IMG/VR virus record: IMGVR_UViG_3300021138_001866 | Span: 1 to 56,551 of that record | Reading direction: 5' to 3' (one strand) | DNA from: a virus | Taxonomy: Duplodnaviria > Caudoviricetes | Length of the DNA stretch: 56,551 bases | Shown: one piece after another, positions 42,278 through 50,346 of the stretch | Layout: each line of letters begins with the position of its first letter | Position numbering within the stretch: position 1 is the stretch's first letter | Position numbers and translations under genes: made by a program | Notes under the pieces: model-generated | Databases searched by the model: none | What the model saw: the letters and a program-made list of their open reading frames with translations, nothing else | Told to the model about the DNA's origin: nothing

Positions 42278-42418
42278 TCTTAATTTCCTTTTTGTTATGA
42301 CACCGTTGGTGTCAGTATTATATAGTATTTGGCCTATCCAAGTAAAATATTCTTATATCAAAAGTTCCGTTATTGATAAATGTGATTTCTGGGTGTTTTT
42401 GAACAAAAATCTATAGAT

Positions 42419-44035
42419 TTACATCAAAAGACTGGATAAATCTATGCCTTGTTGCTCAAACCACTCAGATTGTGTGGGACTCTGTTTGGCTCTTAGGTAA
42501 TTGATGTCACTGAAGGATTTAAACCATTTATCTGCTATTTCTAAAGTAATTGGATCACTTTGACGACATCTACGTGCCATATCTATATTATAATATATTG
42601 CTGTATTGTAATAAAAATGATCTTGCCAAGGTCTAAAGGTGCCATCCCTCATCGAGGCCGGTGTGTGTTTGTAATCTGACAGTATATCAAATAAACGTTC
42701 TTTAAAATTGTTTTGCAAGGCTATATCATGATTACGTAGCCAGTAATTGCTACTGGATCTAGGTGCTAGTCCAAAACTAAAATCTAATCTTTCGCAAATG
42801 CTGTCTTGAGTTTCTAACAAAAAACGACTAAAATCCTTTGGTACATAATTACTGCCTACTGGATCATTTATAAATTTTATTAATTGTAGAATTTGTAATA
42901 TTTGCAGTAAAATGCCGCTGGCATCAAATGCGTCAACAAAACTTGATGCTAGACCTACTAGGCAATAATTTTTACTCCAGGAATTTTCATAACTACCCGG
43001 ATCCCATTTTACCACCAAAGGGTCATGCAATCTTGTATTCGAATCACTACTTTCGACCATTTCGTCTAGAGCCTGATCTACTGTTCTATCAGCTGAATTG
43101 AACACATATCCATAACTTTTTCTATCCAATAGTGTAATGTCAAATAACCAACCGTATTCCATTGCTGTGGCATTGGTAACAGTTATTAATGATTTTTTTA
43201 AATCTTCGGTTGTACGATGTCCATTTGCTATGATTACAGCAGTATTGTGCCGTATACCTGCAGATGCTGTACACCATTTTAAATTTAATTTATGCCCGAG
43301 TACTCTCTTAAAACCAGTACAATCAACATATAAATTACAATTAATTTCTCGACCCTGGTCAAGGAGCAAGGTACTAATAGATCCCGAATCGGTTAATTTA
43401 ATATCCTGCACTGTACCGGTGACCCAGGTATCAATGAGATTACCATATGTTTTTTTTAACCACTCACCAGTTTTAAAACTATTAAGATGTGTGCTAACAT
43501 AGTTATTACTAAAGCGATCTTCAACCCAATTTAATTTATTACCTTTATTGTACCAATAAAATGGGTCATGATGTGACTGGTAATCTTTGTAGTTAATTTT
43601 TCCAGCTTTATATAACTCGTACCATAGGTCATACAATTTATAAGCAGTATTGCCAGGTTCAAGCCAGCTCATTGGCATTTCTTCATCTGACATGTCATTA
43701 TTAAAAATAATTTTATGGTCGGGTGCCAGTCGCATTGGACTATAAAATCCCGAATCGTTCTTGTGCAGGAAATCTTTAAATTCAACACTATATTTGAGAG
43801 TACTACGAGATTCTGTTAGGAACTGGCTTAACCATTTGGGTTGATCGGCGTTAGATATTTTTAAAATTTTAATCATCCATCGAATAAACTCCCCAGGAGC
43901 AGATTCGCCAAATCCAGCATTCTTGGGTTCAACAGGACTATCAATTAAGGTAACGTGTGCGCGAGGACAGTTTTTCTTAATAGCGATTGCTGTAAGAATC
44001 CCAGTGAAACCCGATCCTATTATGCAAATTTTCAT
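42419..44035 (-). CDS. Tryptophan-halogenase-like flavoprotein
   Basis: IIGSGFTG, GFGES, VDCTGF, GWLFDITL, GYVF, GLASSFVD. Confidence 0.75.
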   Translation of the reverse strand: MKICIIGSGFTGILTAIAIKKNCPRAHVTLIDSPVEPKNAGFGESAPGEFIRWMIKILKISNADQPKWLSQFLTESRSTLKYSVEFKDFLHKNDSGFYSPMRLAPDHKIIFNNDMSDEEMPMSWLEPGNTAYKLYDLWYELYKAGKINYKDYQSHHDPFYWYNKGNKLNWVEDRFSNNYVSTHLNSFKTGEWLKKTYGNLIDTWVTGTVQDIKLTDSGSISTLLLDQGREINCNLYVDCTGFKRVLGHKLNLKWCTASAGIRHNTAVIIANGHRTTEDLKKSLITVTNATAMEYGWLFDITLLDRKSYGYVFNSADRTVDQALDEMVESSDSNTRLHDPLVVKWDPGSYENSWSKNYCLVGLASSFVDAFDASGILLQILQILQLIKFINDPVGSNYVPKDFSRFLLETQDSICERLDFSFGLAPRSSSNYWLRNHDIALQNNFKERLFDILSDYKHTPASMRDGTFRPWQDHFYYNTAIYYNIDMARRCRQSDPITLEIADKWFKSFSDINYLRAKQSPTQSEWFEQQGIDLSSLLM

Positions 44036-44048
44036 TATCTAATTTTCT

Positions 44049-44225
44049 TTATCTGCCTCGACCAGCAGATCTTTTGGCTGGTTTATTGCCTTGAACCTGA
44101 GCACCGAACTTAGCCGACTGAACCTGTGCTGTCTTGGCTCCAGGTATTTTAGGATTTGCGGCAACGGTCTTAGCGGCCTGTGCAGCCGCTATAAATGGAT
44201 TTTTACTTTTCTTTTCTTCGGTCAT
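44049..44225 (-). CDS. Small basic Ala/Lys-rich protein (58 aa)
   Basis: Manual translation MTEEKKSKNPFIAAAQAAK...KPAKRSAGRGR; ATGA overlap with the upstream gene. Confidence 0.55.
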   Translation of the reverse strand: MTEEKKSKNPFIAAAQAAKTVAANPKIPGAKTAQVQSAKFGAQVQGNKPAKRSAGRGR

Positions 44226-44419
44226 TCTGCAACTTCTTCTTTGGGTTTTACATATCCTGGACGACTTTGTAATTCTTTGATACGACGATTAATTTTATCT
44301 CGCTCTTTTGGTTTACTAGATTTAGACACCATGTCTTCCAATTGCTTGATATTTAATGGTCCTAAAAGTGTTCGCCCGGTTTTAGTATGACTTGATGTTT
44401 TTTTTGCGTTTGTTGCCAT
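44222..44419 (-). CDS. Small basic protein
   Basis: 65 aa with SD AAGGAG. Confidence 0.6.
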   Translation of the reverse strand: MATNAKKTSSHTKTGRTLLGPLNIKQLEDMVSKSSKPKERDKINRRIKELQSRPGYVKPKEEVAE

Positions 44420-44439
44420 TTAGATCTCCTTGAAAAATT

Positions 44440-44534
44440 TGGCGGAGTGTGTTGGATTCGAACCAACGATACAGTTTTTTGACCATATACTTTCTTAGCA
44501 GGAAAGCGCCTTCGACCGACTCGGCCAACACTCC
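44440..44534 (-). tRNA. tRNA-Ser(GCU)
   Basis: GGAGTGT/ACACTCC acceptor, CTTTC-CT GCT AA-GAAAG anticodon arm, long variable arm, TTCGAAT loop, encoded CCA. Confidence 0.92.
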
Positions 44535-44544
44535 GTATTTTGTG

Positions 44545-44591
44545 TGGTGCCCAGAAAGAGACTCGAACTCTACTAGGGCATAAACTATATT
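44545..44591 (-). pseudogene. 3' half of a split tRNA
   Basis: AATATAG...AGAG-TTCGAGT-CTCT-T-TCTGGGC-A-CCA; acceptor strand is complementary to GCCCAGA at 45271-45277. Confidence 0.8.
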
Positions 44592-44667
44592 GTAACTGGA
44601 ACAGTACTCCAGTATCTACATAAAGGTACCTCTATGTCGTGTTATCTAGTATTACACTATACAAAAC
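44587..44667 (-). ncRNA. tRNA-like cloverleaf with a non-canonical anticodon arm
   Basis: TTGTA/TACAA, GTGT/ACAC, ACATAGAG/CTTTATGT and ACTGGA/TCCAGT stems in tRNA order; no TTC loop and no CCA. Confidence 0.55.
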
Positions 44668-44669
44668 TT

Positions 44670-44754
44670 TGGTGGGCAAGGAGAGACTCGAACTCTCACG
44701 ATTTTACTCGCTGGAACCTAAATCCAGTGCGGCTACCAATTACGCCACTTGCCC
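44670..44754 (-). tRNA. tRNA-Leu(UAG)
   Basis: GGGCAAG/CTTGCCC acceptor, CTGGA-TT TAG GT-TCCAG arm, variable arm, TTCGAGT loop, CCA. Confidence 0.92.
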
Positions 44755-45198
44755 TTTTCTCTTCTCCCAGTGTAACTTAATACTCTCGGAGATTTTTTTC
44801 TTTTGATCCGCTGACTTTGGCTTATCTTTGTTTCCAGAACCGTGTGTGTTACCTTTCTTGCCTTTAGCGTTCATTCTACAGGCTTCTTCGTAACCATATT
44901 TCTCAACCATTCTGTCCCAAGGAGAAGTATTATGCCCTTGATCTAATCTATTCTCTTGTGCTGTTCCCCAATATAGGTGTTTTGGATTACTACACTTTTC
45001 ATTGTTACAGGCATGACATACATGTATCTTATGACCACTTGGTATAGTAGTATCCAATAAATGTGCCATTAGCCCTTTACAATAACTTGATAGTCCGCCT
45101 TTCTGCGGACCACCTCGTTCTACACACGGATCAGTTAAATCTATGTGCGTTTGTCTCTCTACCTTTGATTGTGTAATGTATTCTTCTATTAATAGCAT
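44740..45198 (-). CDS. HNH homing endonuclease with a NUMOD3-like tail
   Basis: HVCHACNNEKCSNPKHLYWGTAQEN; start 45198 after GAGGAG; TATAAATA at 45216-45223; last five codons overlap tRNA-Leu. Confidence 0.82.
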   Translation of the reverse strand: MLLIEEYITQSKVERQTHIDLTDPCVERGGPQKGGLSSYCKGLMAHLLDTTIPSGHKIHVCHACNNEKCSNPKHLYWGTAQENRLDQGHNTSPWDRMVEKYGYEEACRMNAKGKKGNTHGSGNKDKPKSADQKKKISESIKLHWEKRKGQVA

Positions 45199-45241
45199 TT
45201 TACTCTCCTCATGTTTATTTATACTAAACATAAAGAAAACA

Positions 45242-45277
45242 CTAATATAGCGTGTATACCAATTCCACCATCTGGGC
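45242..45277 (-). pseudogene. 5' half of a split tRNA (Leu-type D-arm)
   Basis: GCCCAGA-TG-GTG-GAATTGGTATA-CAC-G-CTATATTAG. Confidence 0.8.
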
Positions 45278-45280
45278 AAA

Positions 45281-45564
45281 ATGCAAACAGTTTGGGCACA
45301 TCTGTTTGCTTTACAACCGCGGACCCCAAACCCCCCAGACCGTCTCTGGGTCGGGCACATATCACAAGTACTGCTACCGTGCAAGCGGCTAAATGCGACT
45401 GTTGTACAAGGACTATAAAACTTTCGTGGCTTTAAAATATTGGCGCCGCTTCGGGGACACCCGATATTAGTATTATTCGAGCGACTTGAACTCTTGCAAT
45501 GCCACATACTGATTCTACCACTGGTATCAAACGGGCGTCACCCCTGTACCCAAACTGTTTACAT
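45281..45564 (-). ncRNA. Candidate ~285-nt structured ncRNA
   Basis: 20-bp terminal stem (45545-45564 with 45281-45300; two G-U pairs on the minus strand), internal helices, and a promoter directly upstream. Confidence 0.65.
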
Positions 45565-45574
45565 CTTAGTAATA

Positions 45575-45603
45575 ATTATAACATAGCAATACTTATTGGT
45601 CAA
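45575..45603 (-). promoter_or_regulatory. Sigma70-type promoter for the ncRNA/tRNA unit
   Basis: TTGACC-17nt-TATAAT with extended -10 TG. Confidence 0.75.
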
Positions 45604-45604
45604 T

Positions 45605-46849
45605 TTATATTTTCACAACTTTAAGTTTTTTATTTTCTACTGCAATTTTATTAGATTGAGTTAAATAATCTCTGTTTATAAATCCTGGTTGATTTAATTC
45701 TGCTGTACTTGGTCCTAAATAGTATAACGTAGAACAGTTTATGTTTAACCCAACCGGTTTTCCCAATTCATATGTAAAATATTTTGGATCAATTTTATGT
45801 AACAAAAAATTTAGTCCCGATTCCCACGCAGAATATAAATTAGTACCGGTTAAATTTGTATAAAACCAATGATCCATTTCGTTGTAAAAACTGTTTGTGG
45901 GTTTAACTGTTTGCCAAGTTTCTACATCATAATCCGGGTATATAATAGATTTTATAACTTGCTCATATGCAGTACGGCGAGCAGGACTGCCCTGTATTCC
46001 TTGAACAAGATGGCCAATATGCCGATTGTGAGGCATATCAAACCAGGTCTTGATTATATGTGCTTGTTTAGCCACTAGTTCAGGTAAGTCCGGAGTCCAA
46101 TAAAACAATTCTGTGGTAATATTTGTGTGATCACCTATTATAGGACATGGGTTATTTGCCTGTAAATCCATGAAGTACAAATACCACTTATTATCAATTA
46201 CAGCAAGTTTAGGTTTGTCAATACCGTGAAGCACACAGATCTTTTTGTTAGAATCTGCTAATTTACGCTGTTCTTGAGTATTAAAATTACCAAACTTGAT
46301 TCCGTGTCCAGGTTGAAACCAATCTCTGGTGGTAAAAACCCATGACTCGTCCCGCAGGTAGTCATCTTTTAATAAGTTTTCACTGTAATCCTGAATGGTG
46401 ATTTTTACCTGTGGATAGTTTGTTTTAATCCAATGTAGCAATGGTTCTGCTGCGTATTTTCTTTCACCTAGGGTATTTTCAGCTCGAGTATTCCACGGAG
46501 CATCAACAGAATCTTTATCCACCTGCTTTGGATATCTAAACATTACTTCGTCGATGTGTATGCCATTTAATAGAAAACTAAAAAGCGCAGTAGCACTATC
46601 ACCTCCGCCTGAACATTCTAATCTAATATAGTCATACCTATCACGTAATTGTTGGGCACGTTGACGATATAATTCTCGTAAATTAGTCTCAGGCTCACTT
46701 TCCCAATTAAATTTAGCAAACTCAATAGGATTAAACTGCCAATCTGGCAGTTCTCCTGTCTGTGTGGCATATATATAGGCGTCGGGTTTTAGATAAAAAA
46801 TTCTATTACCAACTCGATAATACCCAAGTTTAGAATTATGTTCAATCAT
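45605..46849 (-). CDS. PP-loop (adenine nucleotide alpha hydrolase) protein, paralog 3
   Basis: SGGGDS, GIDKP, FYWTPD, KQAH. Confidence 0.7.
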   Translation of the reverse strand: MIEHNSKLGYYRVGNRIFYLKPDAYIYATQTGELPDWQFNPIEFAKFNWESEPETNLRELYRQRAQQLRDRYDYIRLECSGGGDSATALFSFLLNGIHIDEVMFRYPKQVDKDSVDAPWNTRAENTLGERKYAAEPLLHWIKTNYPQVKITIQDYSENLLKDDYLRDESWVFTTRDWFQPGHGIKFGNFNTQEQRKLADSNKKICVLHGIDKPKLAVIDNKWYLYFMDLQANNPCPIIGDHTNITTELFYWTPDLPELVAKQAHIIKTWFDMPHNRHIGHLVQGIQGSPARRTAYEQVIKSIIYPDYDVETWQTVKPTNSFYNEMDHWFYTNLTGTNLYSAWESGLNFLLHKIDPKYFTYELGKPVGLNINCSTLYYLGPSTAELNQPGFINRDYLTQSNKIAVENKKLKVVKI

Positions 46850-46852
46850 CGA

Positions 46853-47758
46853 TTAATCTAATTTGACACCAACGGTTAAATTAGTCCAATATCGATTTTG
46901 ATCATCCCACCAGGCTGGTAAATCTTTTTCTGACACTTGAAACGGTTCGCAGTAATCTGGTGCATAAGAGTCACGTACAGATTTTTTATTTTCTACCTTT
47001 AACAGTATTTCGCGTATTTCGTGTGCTTTTTCCTCGGAAAATGAACGTGGCACCATGAGGTTATAGGGAGTATTCATTTTTGCCAGTGTAGGAGAAAAGC
47101 CCTGACTTGATAAATTAGGATACTGTGACACATACTTAGGGCCAGTTGTCCCAAGAATAACAAGTTTATTTTTAGAATTTTCACTGGTAAATTTTTCTAG
47201 GTCACCGACAAATCCAACTGCCAGGTCGACCTGTTTGCCCATTGCAGCTAATAAAGCATCAGTAGTACTTTTAAAAGGAATTACTCTGGCGTTAGGATAA
47301 TTTTTTATAACAGCCAGTGCAGTTAAATGACTAACAACCCCAAGTCCGCTAGTAGCAATAGTAACAGGACTATCTTTAGGAACTTCTTTCCATGTACTAT
47401 ATTTTCCCGATGCTACTGCAAAAGGAACACTACATTGTGTCATAATAGTTCTCATTTCGTGTACATCATAACTTTCTGTAGGATAAAAATTAGGTCTTAC
47501 CCAGTAAGCACCCGATGTCATAAAAATAGTATTAGGTGTATTTTTTATGTAATTAAATGCTACAACCTGTCCGGCACCAGGCCTGACGTCAAAAAGAAAA
47601 TTATATCGATCTTGAATTTTATTGGCTTCTTCGGCCAAGGTTCTGGCATAATTTGCACTATTATCGCCGGCACTAAATCCGTAAATAATTGTAATATTTT
47701 CTCGCGCCTGTGCAGTTAATGCGAAAAATGTAAGTAAGATTGCTAAAAATTTTTTCAT
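46853..47758 (-). CDS. Bug/TctC-like periplasmic solute-binding protein
   Basis: Signal peptide, IYGFSAGD, RPGAG, IATSGLG..SHL, IPFKS, VDL; TTGACA-17nt-TAAACT at 47779-47807. Confidence 0.75.
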   Translation of the reverse strand: MKKFLAILLTFFALTAQARENITIIYGFSAGDNSANYARTLAEEANKIQDRYNFLFDVRPGAGQVVAFNYIKNTPNTIFMTSGAYWVRPNFYPTESYDVHEMRTIMTQCSVPFAVASGKYSTWKEVPKDSPVTIATSGLGVVSHLTALAVIKNYPNARVIPFKSTTDALLAAMGKQVDLAVGFVGDLEKFTSENSKNKLVILGTTGPKYVSQYPNLSSQGFSPTLAKMNTPYNLMVPRSFSEEKAHEIREILLKVENKKSVRDSYAPDYCEPFQVSEKDLPAWWDDQNRYWTNLTVGVKLD

Positions 47759-47819
47759 AAAATCTCCATTGAAGTATAAGTTTACGATGTTACTCGTAAT
47801 TTGTCAAGTTAAATTGCTT

Positions 47820-47930
47820 GTAGGAATCTACTTACGGAAATCGGCGTTCTAGGTGTATCACACTAGTAAAAGAGTTTTGCTACTCTAGGCGTCAATGTAA
47901 ACCCGACGTCGGACGACCCGGCGTTGCTTA
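47820..47930 (-). ncRNA. Candidate ~110-nt structured RNA or regulatory element
   Basis: GC-rich island with several hairpins between a late-type AATAAATA and a sigma70 promoter. Confidence 0.4.
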
Positions 47931-47947
47931 AATTATTTATTACAGTA

Positions 47948-49144
47948 TTAAAAACGATCTTTTAATTCAACTTCGTATCTTTTATTAGTCTGTGTGTAGT
48001 GTGCTGGCCCTATATGATAAAATGGCGTTAAAAACCCAACAAATCCCACAACACGGTCAAATTCTATATTAAAGTATTTGCGATCTATGTTCTCTTCGAC
48101 AAAGTTTATACCAGCCATCCAACTTTGATAAAGTTTATGATCTTTGTATTGACTATAAAACCAATAGTCCATCTCACTATAAAAATTAGTACCAGGTTTG
48201 GCAACTTGAAAAGTTAAATGATCATAGTCGGGGTATACCAATGGTTTAATTGTTTGTTCGTAGGCAGTACGTTGAGCATTACTGTGGTTAGGCCAGCGAG
48301 CTAAAAATTGTAAATGTTGATTAGCAGGTGTATTAAACCAATTGCGTATGATGTGTGCTTGTTTTACTGTAAGAGTAGGAAGGTCAGGAGTCCAAAAGAA
48401 ATATTCGTTGGTAATATTTGAGTACTCACCTATGTCGGGATTAGCATAATTAGCCTGAAAGTCAATAAAATATGCGTACCATTGGTTATCTTTTATACAC
48501 AATTTTGGCTTATCTATGCCGTACAATATACAGATCTTTTTTCCTGTGTCGGCTAATAGTCTATGACCAATGGTTTGGTAATTGGTAAATTTAGTAACGT
48601 GCGCCGGTTGTAAAAAATCCTTGGCTGCGTACACCCATGATTCATCTCTATCAGAATCGGCCAACATATCAGCTGAGTAGTCGTGTATAGTTATTTTAAT
48701 ATCAGGATAGTGTGTAGCTAACCAATTAAATAAAGGCCTGGTGGCAAATTCATATTCGCTTAAATGGTTTTCTGTATTATAAGAAAGTGACACCGGTACC
48801 TTGCCTTTACCGGCTTCAGGAAATCGAAATACAATTTCATCTAATTTTATATTGTTTAATAAAAAACTAAACAAAGCCTGTGTGCTGTCACTTCCGCCCG
48901 AACACTCTAATCTAATGTAATCGTATTGGTCGCGTAGTTGCTGAGCACGTTGACGATATAATTCTCTAATATCAATATCTGGTTCAGTATGCCAATCTTG
49001 AGCTTGATAAATTTTATTGTTAAAATCCCAGTGCGGAAATTCATTGGTCTTGGTTGCATCAATAAGGGCATTTACTTTACTGTAGTGAATGCGGTCACCT
49101 ACAGTATATAGGCCCAGTTTTTGGTTTTGTTCTAGAGTTATCAT
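47948..49144 (-). CDS. PP-loop protein, paralog 2
   Basis: SGGSDS, GIDKP, FFWTPD, KQAH. Confidence 0.7.
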   Translation of the reverse strand: MITLEQNQKLGLYTVGDRIHYSKVNALIDATKTNEFPHWDFNNKIYQAQDWHTEPDIDIRELYRQRAQQLRDQYDYIRLECSGGSDSTQALFSFLLNNIKLDEIVFRFPEAGKGKVPVSLSYNTENHLSEYEFATRPLFNWLATHYPDIKITIHDYSADMLADSDRDESWVYAAKDFLQPAHVTKFTNYQTIGHRLLADTGKKICILYGIDKPKLCIKDNQWYAYFIDFQANYANPDIGEYSNITNEYFFWTPDLPTLTVKQAHIIRNWFNTPANQHLQFLARWPNHSNAQRTAYEQTIKPLVYPDYDHLTFQVAKPGTNFYSEMDYWFYSQYKDHKLYQSWMAGINFVEENIDRKYFNIEFDRVVGFVGFLTPFYHIGPAHYTQTNKRYEVELKDRF

Positions 49145-49203
49145 TGGCAGTTAAAATTTAGTATTATGCATTTTTATAAAACAGGTTGGTATATTTTATT
49201 AAT

Positions 49204-50346
49204 TTAATCAACCCTGCCAACAAACCAATGCGGGCTATCGTGACCTTTAATTCCTTTATTATTAAGTAAAGGGTCTAAAAATGAAGGATCTAGGTTGTTG
49301 GTTAAAAAGTCTATTCCAGCATTCCAGTTCTTTATAAGTTTGGTATTTTTAAATTGCCTAGTAAACCATAGGTCTAGTTCGCTTTCCCAATCTAACATTG
49401 GTTTTTTAACCTGGAACCATGTGGTGTCCCAGGTGCTAGAATAAATTATACGCTTTAACAAAATTTCTTGTGTTGCACGATCGATCATCAGTTGCGGATA
49501 AAACAATGGTATATATTTAGGATTTTGTTTGAAGTATTTTAATATAACATGAGCTTGTTTAACTAACATATCACAAGATTCTGGTGACCAATAAAAGTAC
49601 TCTATCTCAGTATTGGTATAGTCAGCAAAGTGTTGAGAAATAGGCGTAATATTTGTAAGTTTATCAAAGAAATACAGGTAAAGTTCATTGGTACGATTAA
49701 CATATATCCTAGGTTTATCTGTACCAGTTATTATAGCAATACTTTTATAATGATCAAACCTATTATGTAAATTTTTCATCCCAATATAATTATATCTTTG
49801 TATTACAGCCGGATTAATAGGATCTTTATAATCAAGTACCCAGGATTCGTCTTGAACATTTTTAAAATAATCAATTATAGCACGACTACAATCAAAAAAT
49901 GTTATTTTTGTAGCAGGCATATTGTCGGTGATCCATTGCAATCGTGCTCGAGTATGAAGTTCATATTCGGCATTAGAATTCCAGGGTGTGGTTATTTCTT
50001 TATCAAGTATAGTAAAATTTTTTGTTGCTTCGAGAACCCAATTAGTTACAATTTCGTCTATATGCAGTCCTTGCCGATAAAAGCTCATTAAGATATTATT
50101 ACTGTCGCTACCGCCACTATAGCTTAATATAATGTAATCATATTTTTCTCTAAGTTCTCTGGCACGTTGGTCGTACAACTCATCTAAAGATTTTTCAGGT
50201 TCTTGAGCCCAATTAACCGCATTAAATATATTGTCGTTGAAAATCCACTGAATTGATTGTTTTATTTCAGTTGCGTAAAGATACGCTTGAATCTTGCTTT
50301 CAAATTCTTTCCCATTGCAAAAATAATAGCCTAGTTTTTTATTCAT
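49204..50346 (-). CDS. PP-loop protein, paralog 1
   Basis: SYSGGSDS, GTDKP, FYWSPE, KQAH. Confidence 0.7.
   Translation of the reverse strand: MNKKLGYYFCNGKEFESKIQAYLYATEIKQSIQWIFNDNIFNAVNWAQEPEKSLDELYDQRARELREKYDYIILSYSGGSDSNNILMSFYRQGLHIDEIVTNWVLEATKNFTILDKEITTPWNSNAEYELHTRARLQWITDNMPATKITFFDCSRAIIDYFKNVQDESWVLDYKDPINPAVIQRYNYIGMKNLHNRFDHYKSIAIITGTDKPRIYVNRTNELYLYFFDKLTNITPISQHFADYTNTEIEYFYWSPESCDMLVKQAHVILKYFKQNPKYIPLFYPQLMIDRATQEILLKRIIYSSTWDTTWFQVKKPMLDWESELDLWFTRQFKNTKLIKNWNAGIDFLTNNLDPSFLDPLLNNKGIKGHDSPHWFVGRVD

Noticed and set aside
44545-45277. tmRNA or group I intron reading of the split tRNA
   Set aside because: No G3-U70 alanine acceptor, a full D-arm is present, and no group I core is recognisable because the insert is nearly filled by the ORF and tRNAs. 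An Infernal search should confirm.
45370-45402. SAM-II/SAM-V-like stretch GCATTTAGCCGCTTGCAC
   Set aside because: The 3' pseudoknot strand and an adjacent start codon are missing.
45199-45507. N-terminal extension of the HNH ORF to 255 aa, as in the ORF track
   Set aside because: It runs through the structured RNA and the tRNA 5' half; the SD and TATAAATA point to ATG 45198.
45605-50346. Lasso-peptide biosynthetic cluster
   Set aside because: SGGxDS is shared with lasso cyclases, but no precursor, leader peptidase or RRE gene is recognisable nearby.
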